Shown: piece by piece, positions 62,300-63,851 of the stretch | Position numbering within the stretch: position 1 is the first letter of the stretch | Layout of the letters: every line of letters begins with the position of its first letter | Assembly (NCBI GenBank): GCA_003344405.1 | Contig: NOWV01000149.1 | Coordinates: 124,001 to 187,851 of the forward strand | Origin: Trichoplax sp. H2 | Lineage: Eukaryota | Length of the DNA: 63,851 nt | Direction: 5' to 3' | Notes under the pieces: model-generated | What the model saw: only the letters and a program-made list of their open reading frames with translations | Database searches by the model: none | Told to the model about the DNA's origin: nothing | Program-made: the position numbers and the translations under genes

Positions 62300-62530
62300 A
62301 AGAATGTGATATCATTCTATATATTTCCTCGTCAAGGCGAGATGTCGTCTTTCTGACTTCTTCACTAATGTACCTCATAATATTTAATACAGATTATTCA
62401 AGAAATGATTAAAGAGCAATCATCTAATCTAAAGAAGGGGGCGTTTGATAGCCTTTCGAGATTAGAATAAATCTAAAACTGTAGTAAAATCCTATTCTTT
62501 GAGAAAGATGCTTTCATAATATTTCAGTAT
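62300..62530 (+). pseudogene. Decayed LRR N-terminal relic
   Basis: CRLSDFFTNVPHNI (62343, LRRNT-like), KKGAFDSLSRLE* (~62432), ILFFEKDAF (~62489). Confidence 0.5.
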
Positions 62531-63447
62531 CGTATTGTAGAGTACACTTGTACAGTATAATCCATACTATAGAGTATAACTTCGTGTTAAAACATTAACT
62601 GTCTAGCTAACGCCAAATATTGGTCTTCACCGTGGCGTAAAATTTTTTGTTATATTTTATATTTCATTACTGTTTCGAAGTAGAAATATCGTAATTGATT
62701 AGCTACGTTAGACTCAAGGTTATAACGGTGAAGTCTGCATGTTTGATGACTAAAACGCATACACTTGCTTTGATTTTGGAACTGCAATCTTTGAGATTAG
62801 GACTTAGATAGCACTGTTAACACCATACGTCTTATCTTGTGATAGTCGTCATAAACTTAGTTATCTCGTTAATTGATATGATAAGATGCCTATTACTATT
62901 CATGGTTAGCCGTTGTAGAACTTTTTAACTATTTCCTACATATAATGGCACTAATATCTATAGTAAACTTCAGTTTAATATTCAAGTTCTAGTGAACTCT
63001 TTTAATCTTATTACAAGAAAAATCGTGCTACAGAAAGTTCGTAACAATTTCTCGTATATTGTATAATTCTTAACAGTATTATGCTACATAATATTGTAAA
63101 TTTCTTACCCAAATAAAGTAATAGGGTTCATGATACTAATATGCAAGATAGTAAGTAAAATCTACTGTAATCAAGCCGAATAAGGTGTTTTTTTAAAGCT
63201 GCAATACTTATTGCGATATAATCTTTGAAGAAGAATTTTAAAATTAAGCTTCAATATAAGGCAATATTGTTAATTTAATGAGAATTAAATGAGTAGGGTA
63301 AGTTTTGTCTTTACCAACTGAAAGAAATGAAAATTTCCTAGCAAAGTACACATATAAAGATTGGTAAGCTAATTGGCAAAGGTGCCAAATTACGCATCAA
63401 TGCTGTCGGTGAACCAATAGAAAAACATCGCATGGAAAAAAGCTTCA

Positions 63448-63851
63448 TTAATATTCAGTTTCTGTGATCGAATTATTTTGAGGTTGTATACGGCTTGCTG
63501 TTACTTTTTTCCTTAATTCTAATGGCGAACTAGTCGATGAATTCTTATTAAAAGATACCAATATTGCCGAAACTTTAGAATTTGGATCGACCTTTGAAAA
63601 GTTATATTCGGTAATGCTAACCATAGCTTGCTCTCGAGTATTCAACTCGGGTTGAAAGAAGATGATATAAAGCTTGGGAAGAAAGTAGCAAGCATTGGTC
63701 ACTATTCCATAAAATAATGCTACTGAACACCCTATAAGTTTACGTAGTCGCCCTGTTGTGGACAGAAAGGCTGGAAATCCAATCATATCAATAGCGGCAT
63801 ACATTAACACAGCTGCGGCGATGTTTTTTGATTCATTATAATTACCTGGTA
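63448..63851 (-). CDS. Class C GPCR, 3' end only (TM6-TM7 and C-tail), truncated by window edge
   Basis: Open frame to the edge (PGNYNESKNI...FLPKLYII...TETEY*). Paralog of 56442..59177 at an offset of 7006 bp. Confidence 0.9.
   Translation of the reverse strand, partial: PGNYNESKNIAAAVLMYAAIDMIGFPAFLSTTGRLRKLIGCSVALFYGIVTNACYFLPKLYIIFFQPELNTREQAMVSITEYNFSKVDPNSKVSAILVSFNKNSSTSSPLELRKKVTASRIQPQNNSITETEY

Noticed and set aside
1-63851. CRISPR arrays, rRNA or prokaryotic operon features
   Set aside because: No regularly spaced repeats or rRNA-like sequence; spliceosomal introns show the DNA is eukaryotic.

Overview
AT-rich animal genomic DNA. The short GT-AG introns and the expanded, divergent class C GPCRs suggest a placozoan such as Trichoplax, but that assignment is inference. 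The window is a tandem array of intronless class C (mGluR/CaSR/T1R/V2R-type) GPCR genes, all on the minus strand. It holds 7 intact ~900-950 aa genes, the 3' end of an eighth at the right edge, one recently broken copy and 3-4 older pseudogene fragments. A 20-exon UDP-glucuronate decarboxylase gene (UXS1, 408 aa as reconstructed by hand, with an 8-nt microexon) sits in the middle. The spacers are not featureless: nearly all carry heavily decayed leucine-rich-repeat coding relics, mostly on the plus strand. Some are followed by rhodopsin-type (LGR-like) TM motifs, which suggests a dead LRR-GPCR array interleaved with the living class C array; this was read by eye and needs HMM confirmation. Also present are a MITE-like inverted-repeat element, a 47-bp-arm hairpin, a probable gene-conversion tract, and systematic loss of the canonical amino-acid-binding residues in the receptors.
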